A stretch of DNA of 64,000 nucleotides. Origin: Alphaproteobacteria bacterium (lineage in GTDB: Bacteria; Pseudomonadota; Alphaproteobacteria; UBA828). Location of the stretch: contig CBDEFM010000001.1 in NCBI GenBank assembly GCA_965237415.1, positions 260,205-324,204 of the forward strand. Direction: 5' to 3'. The position numbers and the translations under genes are program-made. The notes under the pieces were generated by a model, which was not told the DNA's origin, did not search any database, and worked only from the letters and a program-made list of their open reading frames with translations. Positions 48,160 through 57,716 of this stretch are shown here, in pieces; position 1 is the stretch's first letter, and each line of letters opens with the position of its first letter.

Positions 48160-48165
48160 GCGTCC

Positions 48166-48882
48166 ATGGCAAGTCTCGACCACCAGTTCCGCACCCTGCT
48201 GCACACCCATCTCGACCGCTCCGGCACGAGCGGGCGGCGCTTCGGGCTGGAGGCGCTCGGCGATCCGGGCTTCGTCGCTTCTTTGGCCAAGGGCCGGCGG
48301 CTGGGCCTGAAGACCGCCGACCGGGTGCTCACGTTCATCGGCCTCACGCCTCTGGCGCCCGCGTTCCGGCGCGAGGTCGAGGCGTTCCTGCGCCTGACCG
48401 GGACCAAGGTCTATGTGCTCGGCGAGGGCGCGCTGAGCGACCCCTCCTTCATCGAACGGCTGCGCCGGGACGCCTCGTTCCGGCTCGGCACCGTGGAGCG
48501 GGTGCGGGGCTGGATGACGTGCCGCGCCGACGCGGCGGCGCTGGCCGCGATGCGCGACGCGGTCGCGGGCGTGCCGCTGCTCTCGGACGGGCCGGTCCCG
48601 TCCGGCGGCCCGTCCGGCGAGTGTGGACCACAGGGAGATCACGACATGAAACAGGACAACGGCAACTATCTGAGCACGCGCCGGGCGGCGGCCTTTCTCG
48701 GCCTCTCGCCGCGCACGCTCGACCGCTACCGGGTTACCGGCGAGGGCCCGGTCTATCACCGTTTCGGCAACCGCATCCTCTACCGCCGGGAAGACCTGGA
48801 GGCCTGGGCGGGTGCGCGCCGGGTGCGCTCGACCTCGGACGGCGGCGCCGGTTCGGCGTCGCACCCGCGGAGGACGGTCTGA
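48166..48882 (+). CDS. Regulatory protein: duplicated N-terminal module plus C-terminal excisionase/MerR-type HTH; an internal start at 48646 could give a separate 78-aa HTH protein
   Basis: The C-terminal LSTRRAAAFLGLSPRTLDRYRVTGEGPVYHRFGNRILYRREDLEAWA is an AlpA/excisionase-type HTH. ATG 48646 has a GGGAGA SD. The N-terminal part contains two related about 45-aa repeats (GLEALGDPGFVASLAKGRRLGLKTADRVLTF and GEGALSDPSFIERLRRDASFRLGTVERVRGW). Confidence 0.6.
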   Translation: MASLDHQFRTLLHTHLDRSGTSGRRFGLEALGDPGFVASLAKGRRLGLKTADRVLTFIGLTPLAPAFRREVEAFLRLTGTKVYVLGEGALSDPSFIERLRRDASFRLGTVERVRGWMTCRADAAALAAMRDAVAGVPLLSDGPVPSGGPSGECGPQGDHDMKQDNGNYLSTRRAAAFLGLSPRTLDRYRVTGEGPVYHRFGNRILYRREDLEAWAGARRVRSTSDGGAGSASHPRRTV

Positions 48883-49238
48883 TGGGTGCGCGGGTCGTGA
48901 ATGTGCGGCGCATCGCGCCCCCACCGGTCCGGGCGCTGGTGTGGGCCGGGGTCCGGGTACTGGTCCCCGCGGGGGTGGCGCTGGCGGCGTCGTTTGGCCT
49001 CGCGGACGGGGCGTTCGCCTCGACCGACGACACCTTTTCCGGCCCGCTCGACACGGTGAGCGGCATCGTCGAGGGCACCGGCGGCCAGCTCGCCGCGGCA
49101 CTCGCGGTGGGCGCGGCGCTGGTCGGCTCGGTGCTGCGCTTCAACGCCATGCAGCTGATGGGCGCGGTCGGCGTCGGCGTTGCGGCCGGGGCCGGGGTCG
49201 GCATCGTCACCAGCCTGGTCGGCACGGCGATCGTCTGA
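48882..49238 (+). CDS. Putative conjugative pilin precursor (TraA-like)
   Basis: 118 aa with two hydrophobic segments and a Gly/Ala/Val-rich C-terminus. It sits directly upstream of traL-traE-traK as in F-type operons. Its start overlaps the previous stop (TGATG). Confidence 0.5.
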   Translation: MGARVVNVRRIAPPPVRALVWAGVRVLVPAGVALAASFGLADGAFASTDDTFSGPLDTVSGIVEGTGGQLAAALAVGAALVGSVLRFNAMQLMGAVGVGVAAGAGVGIVTSLVGTAIV

Positions 49239-49251
49239 GGGTGCGGGAACG

Positions 49252-49545
49252 ATGAACGACACCGCGCGCCATACCATCCCGCGCCGCCTCGACGATCCGG
49301 AGCGCTGGCTGTTCTGGACCGTCGACGAGGCGGCGGCGCTGATGGGCCCGGCGCTGCTCGGGCTCGCCGCCAACCAGTTCGTGCCGGGGCTGATCGCGGG
49401 GCTAAGCGGCTGGATGCTGCTCAGGCGCATCAAGCGCGGCGGCGGCGCCAACATCGCGCAATACGCCCTCTACTGGTTCCTGCCGGACTTCGTGCTGCGT
49501 CTTAAACGCACGCCGCCGAGCCATGTCCGGCGTTACGTGGGCTGA
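49252..49545 (+). CDS. traL: Type-F conjugative transfer protein TraL
   Basis: 97 aa. IPRRLDDPERWLFWTVDEAAALMGP.. matches the TraL signature and size, and gene order agrees. Confidence 0.8.
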   Translation: MNDTARHTIPRRLDDPERWLFWTVDEAAALMGPALLGLAANQFVPGLIAGLSGWMLLRRIKRGGGANIAQYALYWFLPDFVLRLKRTPPSHVRRYVG

Positions 49546-49550
49546 CGGCG

Positions 49551-50102
49551 ATGCAGCGCACGGTACTTGAGGGCGAGCGGCGCCGCGCGCGGGATTCGCG
49601 CCTGGCGCTGGCCGGGCTGCTGGCGCTCTCGCTCGCGGCCAACCTGGCGCTGTCGGCGTCGCTGGCCTCGCGCGAGGGCATGACGGTGCTGGTGCCGGCG
49701 GCGGCGGGACCGGGCTGGGAGGTCGGCGAGAGCTGGGCCGGGCGGCGGTATCTGGAAGACATGGCGCGCACGGCGGCGGCGACGCTGCTGACGCTGACGC
49801 CGGAGAACGCGGGCTATGTGCGGGAAGCCGCGGCGCGGATGAGCCACGCATCGGCGCGGGGCGCGATCGGCGCCTGGGTGGCCTCGGAGGCGGCGCGGAT
49901 GGCGCGGCGCGACCTCGCGACCGCGTTCTATCCGGAGCGGGTCGAGATCGAGGCGGAAGCGCTCGCGGCCGAGGTCACGGGCGAGTTGGTGACCTGGATC
50001 GGCCGCGAGGAGGCCGCGCGGGCAAGCCGGACCTACCGGCTGGTGTTCCGCATGGACGGCGGGCGCATCGGGCTGCTGCGTTTCGAGCAACGGGAGGACT
50101 GA
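49551..50102 (+). CDS. traE: Type-F conjugative transfer protein TraE
   Basis: 183 aa with an N-terminal TM segment and YRLVFRMDGGRIGLLRFE at the C-terminus. Position is after traL. Confidence 0.75.
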   Translation: MQRTVLEGERRRARDSRLALAGLLALSLAANLALSASLASREGMTVLVPAAAGPGWEVGESWAGRRYLEDMARTAAATLLTLTPENAGYVREAAARMSHASARGAIGAWVASEAARMARRDLATAFYPERVEIEAEALAAEVTGELVTWIGREEAARASRTYRLVFRMDGGRIGLLRFEQRED

Positions 50103-50104
50103 GA

Positions 50105-50998
50105 GTGAGAACCACGCAATCGATATTGCCGGCGATACTGCCGGCGCGCGCGGCGCCCCGGTCAGGGTCCGGGGCAGGCTGCCGGCGCACCGTGCGGGGC
50201 GCCCTGCTTCTTGTCCATATGGCCTGCGCGCTGGCGGCGGCGCCGGCGGCGGCGATGCAGGTGCTCGACGCGGTCGACCATGCCGAGCTCACGGCGGAGG
50301 TCTCGGCGACGGCGGTGAGCCGCATCGCGCTCGGCAATGACCGCATCGCGCGGGTGATCCGGGCGCCGGGCGGCTTCGAGACCGAGCACGACCCGGGCTC
50401 CGGCGACCTCTATCTGCGCCCGCTCGGAACCCGGGATGCGGGCGCTGGAATGGACGATACGGGGGACGATCCGCCCGAGACGGCGCCGGTGTCGCTGTTC
50501 ATCGGCACCGAGAAGGGATTCACCTACCGGCTGACGCTGGCGGTCGCCGAGCGCGGCTCGGCGCAGATCCTGATCCGCAACGCCGCGGCCCAGGATCCGG
50601 TCCGGAACGCCCCGGCGGCGGGCGATCCGCGGATCGGCGCCCTGGTGCGCCTGATCGGCGCGGTGGCGCGCCGCGAACCGCTGCCGGGCTATGCGATCGA
50701 GGCCGCGGCGGCCGGCCCTGACGGCGCGGCCGGACCGGTCTTCGGCACCTTGGAGACCTGGCGCGGGCCGCGCTTCGAGGTCCTTGTGGTCGAGATCCCG
50801 GACCGGATGTTGGTTGGCGAAACCCCTGGCGGACCCCTTTCCGGCGGACCTGGGGATGCGGCGGCGGTCGCCGCCCGGCTCGGCCCCGGCATCGCGGCGG
50901 CGTGGCTCGCCGGCCCCGGCACGGGGCCATCGGGCGGGCGCATCGCGGTGACGGTGCGCGAGCGAGCCGCGCCGGTGTCCGGGGGGACTTCGCGATGA
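50105..50998 (+). CDS. traK: Type-F conjugative transfer protein TraK (secretin-like)
   Basis: 297 aa (GTG start). VSRIALGNDRIARVIRAPGGFETEHDPGSGDLYLRP and GFTYRLTLAV are typical of TraK. Confidence 0.8.
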   Translation: MRTTQSILPAILPARAAPRSGSGAGCRRTVRGALLLVHMACALAAAPAAAMQVLDAVDHAELTAEVSATAVSRIALGNDRIARVIRAPGGFETEHDPGSGDLYLRPLGTRDAGAGMDDTGDDPPETAPVSLFIGTEKGFTYRLTLAVAERGSAQILIRNAAAQDPVRNAPAAGDPRIGALVRLIGAVARREPLPGYAIEAAAAGPDGAAGPVFGTLETWRGPRFEVLVVEIPDRMLVGETPGGPLSGGPGDAAAVAARLGPGIAAAWLAGPGTGPSGGRIAVTVRERAAPVSGGTSR

Positions 50999-52269
50999 CG
51001 GCGCAGGGCACGGCCGGCCGGGCGGGCGCGATCGACGGCGAATCGCGCAAGGTCCGCAACCGCCAGATCGTGCTGTTCTCCGCCATCGCGGCGGCGCTGA
51101 TGCTGGTGTTCGCGGTCTGGATGGGGTTCGGCGCCGGCAAGGCGCCCGCGCCGGGTGCGCGCATCGACGCCGAGCTCGCCGGTCCCGGCACCGCCGAGGA
51201 CAGCTGGACCCGGCGCTCGGAAGGGCGGCTCGGGCTGATCGAGACCCGGCTGCGGGAGATGGAGACCCGGGCGCGGCAGCTCACCTCGGAGAATGAGCGT
51301 CTGCGGGGGCAGCTCAAGGACAACGACCGCAACGCGCGCGATGTCATCGACAAGTACAAGGCGGTGATCGACGAGATGCAGGGCGCCCGGGCCGGCACAC
51401 CGGCCCCGGCTCCGGATTTTGTTCCTGACGAGGAAATGTTCGCGCCGGGCGGCGCGGTCCGCCAATCCGCGGCGGGCACGGCGAACGCCCCGGCCGGGGC
51501 GCCCCCGGCCCCGCTGATCGAGAACTTCACGCTCGACGGCGCCGCGCCCGCACTCCTCGGCGACGATCCCGGAACGGTGGATGCCAAACCGCTCTCGATC
51601 TGGCTGCCGGCGGGCAGCCACGCCGAGGCGGTGGTGCTGGCCGGCGTCGACGCCTCGGCCGGGATCTCCAGCCAGGGCGATCCGCGCCCGGTGCTGCTGC
51701 GCCTCACCGGTCCGGCCTGGACGGCGGCGCCGTCTGCCGCGGCCGGGACCGCGCTGAGCGTCGATATCGCGGGCTGCACGGTGACCGGGGCTGCCCATGG
51801 CGACCTCTCCTCGGAGAAGGTCTATGCGCGGCTGCGCACGCTGACCTGCGCCGGGCCCGAGCCCGGCACGGTGGTCGAGACCGAGGTCGCGGGCTTCGTC
51901 GCGGGGTCGGGCAAGACCGGGGTGCGCGGCCCGGTGGTGAGCCGCGAAGGCGCCTTGGTCCAGAAGGCGTTCCTCGCGGGCCTCGTCTCCGGCGTCGGCC
52001 AGGGCGTGGCGGGCGCCTTCCAGCCCCAGGCGGTGGCCACGGGCGGCGCGGCGGTCGCCAATACCGGGCTGGCCGATATCGGCCGCGCCGGCCTCGGGTC
52101 GGGCGCAGCCAGCGCCGGGCAGAAGGTTGCCGACTACATGATCCGCCGCGCCGAGCAGTACCAGCCGGTGATCCAGCTACGCGCCGGGACCCGCGTCACC
52201 GTGGTGTTCCTCGAAGGCGCGCGCCTCGACGGCGCGCCCGCCAGACCGGCCCCCCGAAAGGAGAAATAG
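50995..52269 (+). CDS. traB: Type-F conjugative transfer protein TraB (VirB10-like)
   Basis: 424 aa from ATG 50995 (ATGA overlap with traK). It has an N-terminal TM segment, a coiled coil and a Pro-rich linker. The conserved C-terminal domain reads GCTVTGAAHGDLSSEKVYARL.. and ..VIQLRAGTRVTVVF. Confidence 0.8.
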   Translation: MTAQGTAGRAGAIDGESRKVRNRQIVLFSAIAAALMLVFAVWMGFGAGKAPAPGARIDAELAGPGTAEDSWTRRSEGRLGLIETRLREMETRARQLTSENERLRGQLKDNDRNARDVIDKYKAVIDEMQGARAGTPAPAPDFVPDEEMFAPGGAVRQSAAGTANAPAGAPPAPLIENFTLDGAAPALLGDDPGTVDAKPLSIWLPAGSHAEAVVLAGVDASAGISSQGDPRPVLLRLTGPAWTAAPSAAAGTALSVDIAGCTVTGAAHGDLSSEKVYARLRTLTCAGPEPGTVVETEVAGFVAGSGKTGVRGPVVSREGALVQKAFLAGLVSGVGQGVAGAFQPQAVATGGAAVANTGLADIGRAGLGSGAASAGQKVADYMIRRAEQYQPVIQLRAGTRVTVVFLEGARLDGAPARPAPRKEK

Positions 52270-52270
52270 G

Positions 52271-52942
52271 ATGACCCATTCCATCCGACCGTGGCGCGGG
52301 CCACGGGTTGTTGCGGGCGCTGCCGTCCTCGCGGCGCTCGCCGGCTGCTCGTCGACCCATGTCGGGGAGTCCTGGCAGTGTCCGCTGGCGCAGGGCGGAT
52401 CGTGCACGAGCGTCGCCGGCGCCGATCCGGCGGTGCCGGCGCGCGCCGGCGAAGCGATGGCCCTGCCCGCGCCGCTCTACCGGGTGCGCGCCGACGGAAA
52501 CCGGGTGCGCGCTCGGGAGGCGGCGCGGGCCGAAAGACCCTGCGATAGCGAATGCGGCCCCCTCGCCTGGCTGGCGCGGTTGTTCGGCCCGGATACGGAA
52601 GCCGGCGATGATTCGGCCGGCCCGGAATCCGCCACGGCGGTATCCGCGGTCCGGCCCGGTGCTGCCCTGCCCGCCTCGACCGGCGAGCGTCCGGCCGGCG
52701 ATCGTCAGGTCGATCGTCAGGTCAAAGGGTCGGTCAATGAGGCGCCGGTCCACGACGATCCGGCCCCTGGCGATACGGCGGCTATCGAAGCGGCTGCGAT
52801 GGATGCGCGTGGCGACGATCTGCGCGAGGCGGAGGTTGTCGGGCGCATCTGGATCGCGCCTTTCGTCGACGGCGACGGGATCTACCGCGAGGCGGGCTGG
52901 GTGCGCCTGGTGATCGCGCCGGCGCGCTGGCGGCTGCCATGA
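52271..52942 (+). CDS. traV: Type-F conjugative transfer lipoprotein TraV
   Basis: Lipobox LAALAGCSS followed by the conserved Cys pair (WQCPLAQGGSCTSV). Confidence 0.75.
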   Translation: MTHSIRPWRGPRVVAGAAVLAALAGCSSTHVGESWQCPLAQGGSCTSVAGADPAVPARAGEAMALPAPLYRVRADGNRVRAREAARAERPCDSECGPLAWLARLFGPDTEAGDDSAGPESATAVSAVRPGAALPASTGERPAGDRQVDRQVKGSVNEAPVHDDPAPGDTAAIEAAAMDARGDDLREAEVVGRIWIAPFVDGDGIYREAGWVRLVIAPARWRLP

Positions 52943-55618
52943 CCGGATTCGGGATCCCGCGCCGCCTCATCGACCTGTTCGAGGGCTCGGCCGGGCTTGA
53001 GCCGTGGTCGCCGCCGGAGCTGCCGGCGGCGCTCGCCGAGCTGCTGCCCTGGCGCGCCTTCGACGAGCGGAGCGAGCTCTATGTCAACGCCGGCTCGTGC
53101 GGCTTCGTGATCGAGCTGCCGCCCTTTGCCGGGATCGACGCCGAGACCCTGGGCGCGCTTGGCGGTGCCCTGGCCGATGCGGCGCCGGAGCACTGCTGCG
53201 CGAGGCCACTGCACCGTCCAGGTGATCCACTGGGCGAGCCCGCGCTTCGGGGCGGCGCTCGCCGCCTGGGCGGCGCCGCGCGCAAGCGCGGGCGCGGTCC
53301 AGGCCGCGATGGCGCGCGGCCGCGCGGACCTGCTGCGGGACGCCGGCTGGCGGGCGCTGCATGCGGGTGGCCCGCCCTTCACGCTGTCCGATTACCGGGT
53401 CTTCATCGCGGCGACGCTCGCCGGTCCGGCGGGGCCGGCGGCGGAGACCGCCCTCGGCAGCTTCCGCCGCGCGCTCGAGGGCACGCTCGCCTCGGCGGGC
53501 GCGACGGCGCGGCGGATCGCGCCGGACGCGCTCCTGTCGCTGGCCGCCGAGCTGACCGCGCCGGATGTCGCGGGCGCCCAGGACGGCGGGCTCGACCGCC
53601 CGCACCGGCGCTGGTCGCCGCGCGACCCGCTGCATCTCCAATGCGCCGCGCCCGGGCGCGCGCTCACCGTGGCGCCCACCGGGCTGGTGTTCCACCACCC
53701 CGACGGCTCCGATGTCGCGGTCCGGGTGCTGTCGGCCATCGCCTTCCCCGAGGTCTGGCCGGGCTGGCGCGGCAACGCGCTGATCGGCGACTTCCACCGC
53801 GATTTCCTGCAGCCCGGCTGCCCGGTGCTGACCGCGCTCACCATCGTGACCGGGGACGAGGCGGCGGGCGAGCGCGCCTTCCTCAAATCCGCCCGCGCGA
53901 CCCAGCAGGCCGGCACCGGGCTGGCGCGCTACCTGCCGGGGCTGCCCGAGAAGGCGCGCGACTGGCAGGTGGTGACCGAGCGGCTGAAGGACGGCGAGCG
54001 CCTGGTCAAGGCCTGCTACACGGTCGCGGTCTATGCGCCGCTCGATGCGATCGACGAGGCCGAGCAGGCGGTGCGCGCGATCTATCACGGCCAGGGTTGG
54101 CGCGTGGTCGCCGAGCGCTATGTCCAGCTCCCCTCCTGGCTCACCTGCCTGCCGATGGCGCCGGCGGGCGGGCTCGACGCCGACCTCGCCCGCATGGGCC
54201 GGATGAAGACGCTGCTGACCTCGGCGGCGGTCGATCTCGCGCCGGTGCACGGCGAATGGCGCGGCCAGGGTGCCGCGCCCGACAACCCGCCCGCCCTTTT
54301 CCTCATCGGCCGGCGCGGCCAGCCCGCCTGCTGGTCGCCCTTCGCCAACGCGGCCGGCAACTACAACGTCGCCGTCACCGGCAAGTCCGGGTCCGGCAAG
54401 TCGGTGCTGATGCAGGAGCTGGTGGCCGGCATCGTCGGCGCCGGCGGCGAGGCCGTGGTGATCGACGACGGCCGCTCGTTCCAGCACACGGCGGAAGCAC
54501 TCGGCGGCGCCTTCATCGCCTTCGGCAAGGACCCGGCCTGCCTCAACCCCTTCGCCATGATCGACGCCGGAACCGCGAACCGGGACGGCGACTATCGCGA
54601 GGAGTGCTTCGCGATGCTGGCCGGCGTGGTCGGGCGGATGTGCCGGCGGCGCGGGTCGATCGACGACATCGAGGCGGCGCTGATCGACGAGGCCATCGCC
54701 GCGTCCTGGGACGAGGCCGGCAATGCCGCGGATCTCGGGACGGTCCGCAAGCATCTCGAAGCGCGGTCCGACCGCCGCGCCACCGACATGGCGACCGCGC
54801 TCGGGCCGTGGTGCCCGGGCGGCGCCATGGGCCGGCTGTTCGCCGGCGGCGACACCCCGGAGCTCGATGCGGCGCTGACCGTGTTCGAGCTCGCCGAACT
54901 CAAGGGCCGCGGCGACGTCCAGGGCGTGGTGCTGATGCTGGTGGTCTTCCTGGCGACCCAGCGCATGTATCACGGCCCGCGCACGCGGGCGAAGGCGATC
55001 GTCATCGACGAGGCCTGGGACCTGCTCTCGGGCGAGGACAGCAAGGCCTTCCTCGAAGGCGCGGCAAGGCGCGCCCGCAAATACCGGGGCTCGCTGATCA
55101 CCGGCACGCAATCGGTCAACGACTACTACGCCAACCCGGCCGCGCGGGCCGCCTGGGAGAACTCGGACTGGGTGATCTTCCTCGCCCAGAAGGACGAATC
55201 GGTCGAGCTCCTGAAGGCGGAGAAGCGCATCCACTGCGATCCGGGCATGGAGCGGGCACTTAAGAGTCTCACCACCGCCGACGGGCGCTTCGCCGAAGTC
55301 GTGCTGCACGGCCCGGACGGCTGGCGGGTCGCCCGCCTCGTGCTCGATGCCTGGTCGGTGGCGCTGTTCTCCTCGCGCGGCCCGGCCTTCACGGCGGTCG
55401 AGACGCTCAAGGCCGAGGGGCTCACCACCGCCCAGGCCATCGACCGCATCGCCGGCGGGACCGGCGCGGACGGTTCCGGTACAGGCGGCGGGACCGCGAG
55501 GGCCGGAGGGCGCGGCGACGGCACGAAATCCGCCCCTTCCAGCCGGGAAGACAACGAAGGCGGCTCCTTTTTTGAGCCCGAAGGAGAACGAACCGAAAAC
55601 GCAAGGAGGGATGCATGA
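52939..55618 (+). pseudogene. traC: Type-F conjugative ATPase TraC (VirB4-like), frame broken by a 16-bp insertion at 53191-53206
   Basis: The N-terminus (MTGFGIPRRLIDLFEGS..FVIELPPFAGIDAETLGALGGALADAAPEH) is in the frame of 52939. The rest (CTVQVIHWASPRFG.. Walker A VTGKSGSGKS .. IVIDEAW) is in the frame of ORF 53126..55618. Removing CACTGCTGCGCGAGGC, which is bounded by the 6-bp repeat CACTGC, restores one frame. Confidence 0.85.
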
Positions 55619-56436
55619 GCGCAGACAGGACATCGGATGCCGCCGCGGCAACCGCGGGCGCCGGGCGGCGGCTCGCCTGGCCGGGCGATCCGGAGACCGT
55701 GGCCGCTGCCGATATCGACTTCGAGGCGCTGGCCCATGTGCTGGCCAACACCTGCCTCTGGGGCGGGCGCACGCGCCGTTACCACGCGCTGGCGGCGCAC
55801 GCGCTGATCGCGAGCGAGGAGATCGAGGCGCTCGACGGGCTGGGCGAAGAGGACCGGCGGGTGCTCGCGCTGCATGCGCTGCTCAAGGACGCGCCCGCGG
55901 CCTGGCTCGGCGTCGGGGCAATGGACACGCAGGGGGCGGCATCGCAGCGGGGGGCGGAGCGCGCCAACCGCCTTGCCGCCGGCATCGAGCGCGCGGTCCG
56001 CGAGGCCGCCGGGCTGGATGCGGTGCTGGCCGTCGAGCATGCCGAGCTGCTGCGCTTCATCGCGCGCATGACGGCGGCGTCGGAGCGCCGCGACCTGTTC
56101 GACGCGGGCGAACCGGGACCGGCGCCCGGATCGGGTCCGGGCCAGGCCTGGGCCGCGTTCCCGCCGCTCAAGCGGCGCATCCGCCCGCTCGGGCCGGGCC
56201 GCGCCGCGAAGCTCTGGCTCGCCCGCTTCCGGGCGCTCGCCCGCCCGCCCGGCGGCGCCGGCGCGGGGGCAAATGCGACCGGCGCGGGCAATGACCGCGA
56301 AACCAATGACGGGACCAATGACGGGGAGGACAGCGATGTCGCGGACGTATCGGCGAAGGAAGGACCGGAGAAACGGGCAGCGGCACGGACACCGGCACGG
56401 ACACCGGGGGGCAGGGATGAACGCAAGGCGGCGTAG
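55615..56436 (+). CDS. Hypothetical protein (273 aa)
   Basis: ATGA overlap with the traC stop. No motif recognised. The C-terminal third is low complexity. Confidence 0.45.
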   Translation: MSADRTSDAAAATAGAGRRLAWPGDPETVAAADIDFEALAHVLANTCLWGGRTRRYHALAAHALIASEEIEALDGLGEEDRRVLALHALLKDAPAAWLGVGAMDTQGAASQRGAERANRLAAGIERAVREAAGLDAVLAVEHAELLRFIARMTAASERRDLFDAGEPGPAPGSGPGQAWAAFPPLKRRIRPLGPGRAAKLWLARFRALARPPGGAGAGANATGAGNDRETNDGTNDGEDSDVADVSAKEGPEKRAAARTPARTPGGRDERKAA

Positions 56437-56665
56437 GCCCCGCAATGCGCCGGGCTGCGTGCAGGTCGTGCAGGACGCCGAGGCGGTGTTCCGCTCAGGC
56501 GTCCTCGCCGGCGTGCTGTCGGCCGAGCGCTCCGCGCGCAACTGGGCCGGGCACTACATGTACCTGTTCCACGACGAGGACGGCACCGCCTGGTTCAAGC
56601 ACCGCGATACCCGCGTGCACGTGACGATGACGGCGCGCCAGCGCGCCGCGGGGTACCGGGGATGA
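56417..56665 (+). CDS. Hypothetical small protein (82 aa)
   Basis: ATG 56417. ..NWAGHYMYLFHDEDGTAWFKHRDTRVHVTM looks globular. Its stop overlaps the next start. Confidence 0.4.
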   Translation: MNARRRRPRNAPGCVQVVQDAEAVFRSGVLAGVLSAERSARNWAGHYMYLFHDEDGTAWFKHRDTRVHVTMTARQRAAGYRG

Positions 56666-57093
56666 GCGAGCTCAGGGTGCTGGCCGCAGCGGTGCTGCTG
56701 GCCGGCGGGGTCGCGGCCGCGGTCTCGGCGACCGTGCTGCGTTACGGCCCGGCGATTGAATCGTCGATCGTGGCGGGCCATGGCGCCGACGCGCCGGCCC
56801 GGATCGCAAGCGTGCGCCTCGGCGAGCTGGCGGCGGACCATGCCCTGCGGGTGGCCCGCGCCGGGACTTCGCCGGGGGAGACCGCGGCGGCAACCCGGGC
56901 CTGGGCGGTGGCGCTGGAACGGGCGCTGGCCCGGGTCGCGGCCCATCATCGCGCGGTGCTGCTGCCGGCGCGCGCCGTCGCCGCCGGGGCGCCGGACCTC
57001 ACGGCCGAAATCGAGGCGGCGATGGCCGCGGCGATTGCGGAGCCGATGGCGGACCGGGCGCCGCCGCAACCCGCGCCGGAGACCAGGCCATGA
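56662..57093 (+). CDS. TrbI-like (type-F) inner-membrane protein
   Basis: 143 aa with a single N-terminal TM segment. Its position between traC and traW matches trbI of F-like operons. Sequence evidence alone is weak. Confidence 0.4.
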   Translation: MSELRVLAAAVLLAGGVAAAVSATVLRYGPAIESSIVAGHGADAPARIASVRLGELAADHALRVARAGTSPGETAAATRAWAVALERALARVAAHHRAVLLPARAVAAGAPDLTAEIEAAMAAAIAEPMADRAPPQPAPETRP

Positions 57094-57716
57094 GGGCCCG
57101 GTCGATGACGGTAAGGGCGATCCTCCGCGGCGCCCGTCCGGGGCGGCGGCGCCGCGCCGATATCGCGCTCGCCTGCATGGCGGTGCTGGCGCTGCTGTGG
57201 CTGGGCGCGGCCTCGCGCATCCATGTCAATGCGAGCTGGTCGGACGGCGCCTGGGGCTATGCCGCCTTCCCGCTGTTCGGCAATCCCCGGATCGGCGACC
57301 GGGTGCTGTTCGAGCCGCCGGACTCCCTTGGATCTCCGGTGCCGTATCTCAAGACCGTGCGCGGCCTGCCCGGCATGCGTATCGCCGTCGACAAGGACAG
57401 GACGGTCCGTATCGACGGTGTGGCGCTCGGCCGGGCCAAGACCCATGCCCTCGACGGGCGGGCTCTGGAGGCAATCGCGCGCGGCGTTGTGCCACCCGGC
57501 CACTACTACCTGCACGCCGATCATCCCGACAGCCACGACAGCCGCTATGCGGAGATCGGCCCGGTGCCGCGCGCGCGCATTCTGGGCCGCGCCGTGGCGC
57601 TGCCGGACCTGCCCTGGCTCGGCCTGAAGGGGCCGCTGGTGGGGCCGGAGGATGCCGGAATTGCGCCAGGCGCCGAACAAAGCCCGCCGCGCCTGCCGGC
57701 GGGAGCGGCGCCATGA
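57090..57716 (+). CDS. S26-family conjugative signal peptidase (TraF/TrhF-like)
   Basis: 208 aa with an N-terminal TM segment and the signal-peptidase box HPDSHDSRYAEIGPV. The same position as trhF between traC and traW in SXT/R27-type operons. Confidence 0.7.
   Translation: MRARSMTVRAILRGARPGRRRRADIALACMAVLALLWLGAASRIHVNASWSDGAWGYAAFPLFGNPRIGDRVLFEPPDSLGSPVPYLKTVRGLPGMRIAVDKDRTVRIDGVALGRAKTHALDGRALEAIARGVVPPGHYYLHADHPDSHDSRYAEIGPVPRARILGRAVALPDLPWLGLKGPLVGPEDAGIAPGAEQSPPRLPAGAAP

Noticed and set aside
52939-55263. 774-aa ORF as an intact alternative traC product.
   Set aside because: After about residue 85 it is a Gly/Arg/Pro-rich shadow frame. All TraC motifs (Walker A and B) lie in the +1 frame (53126..55618).
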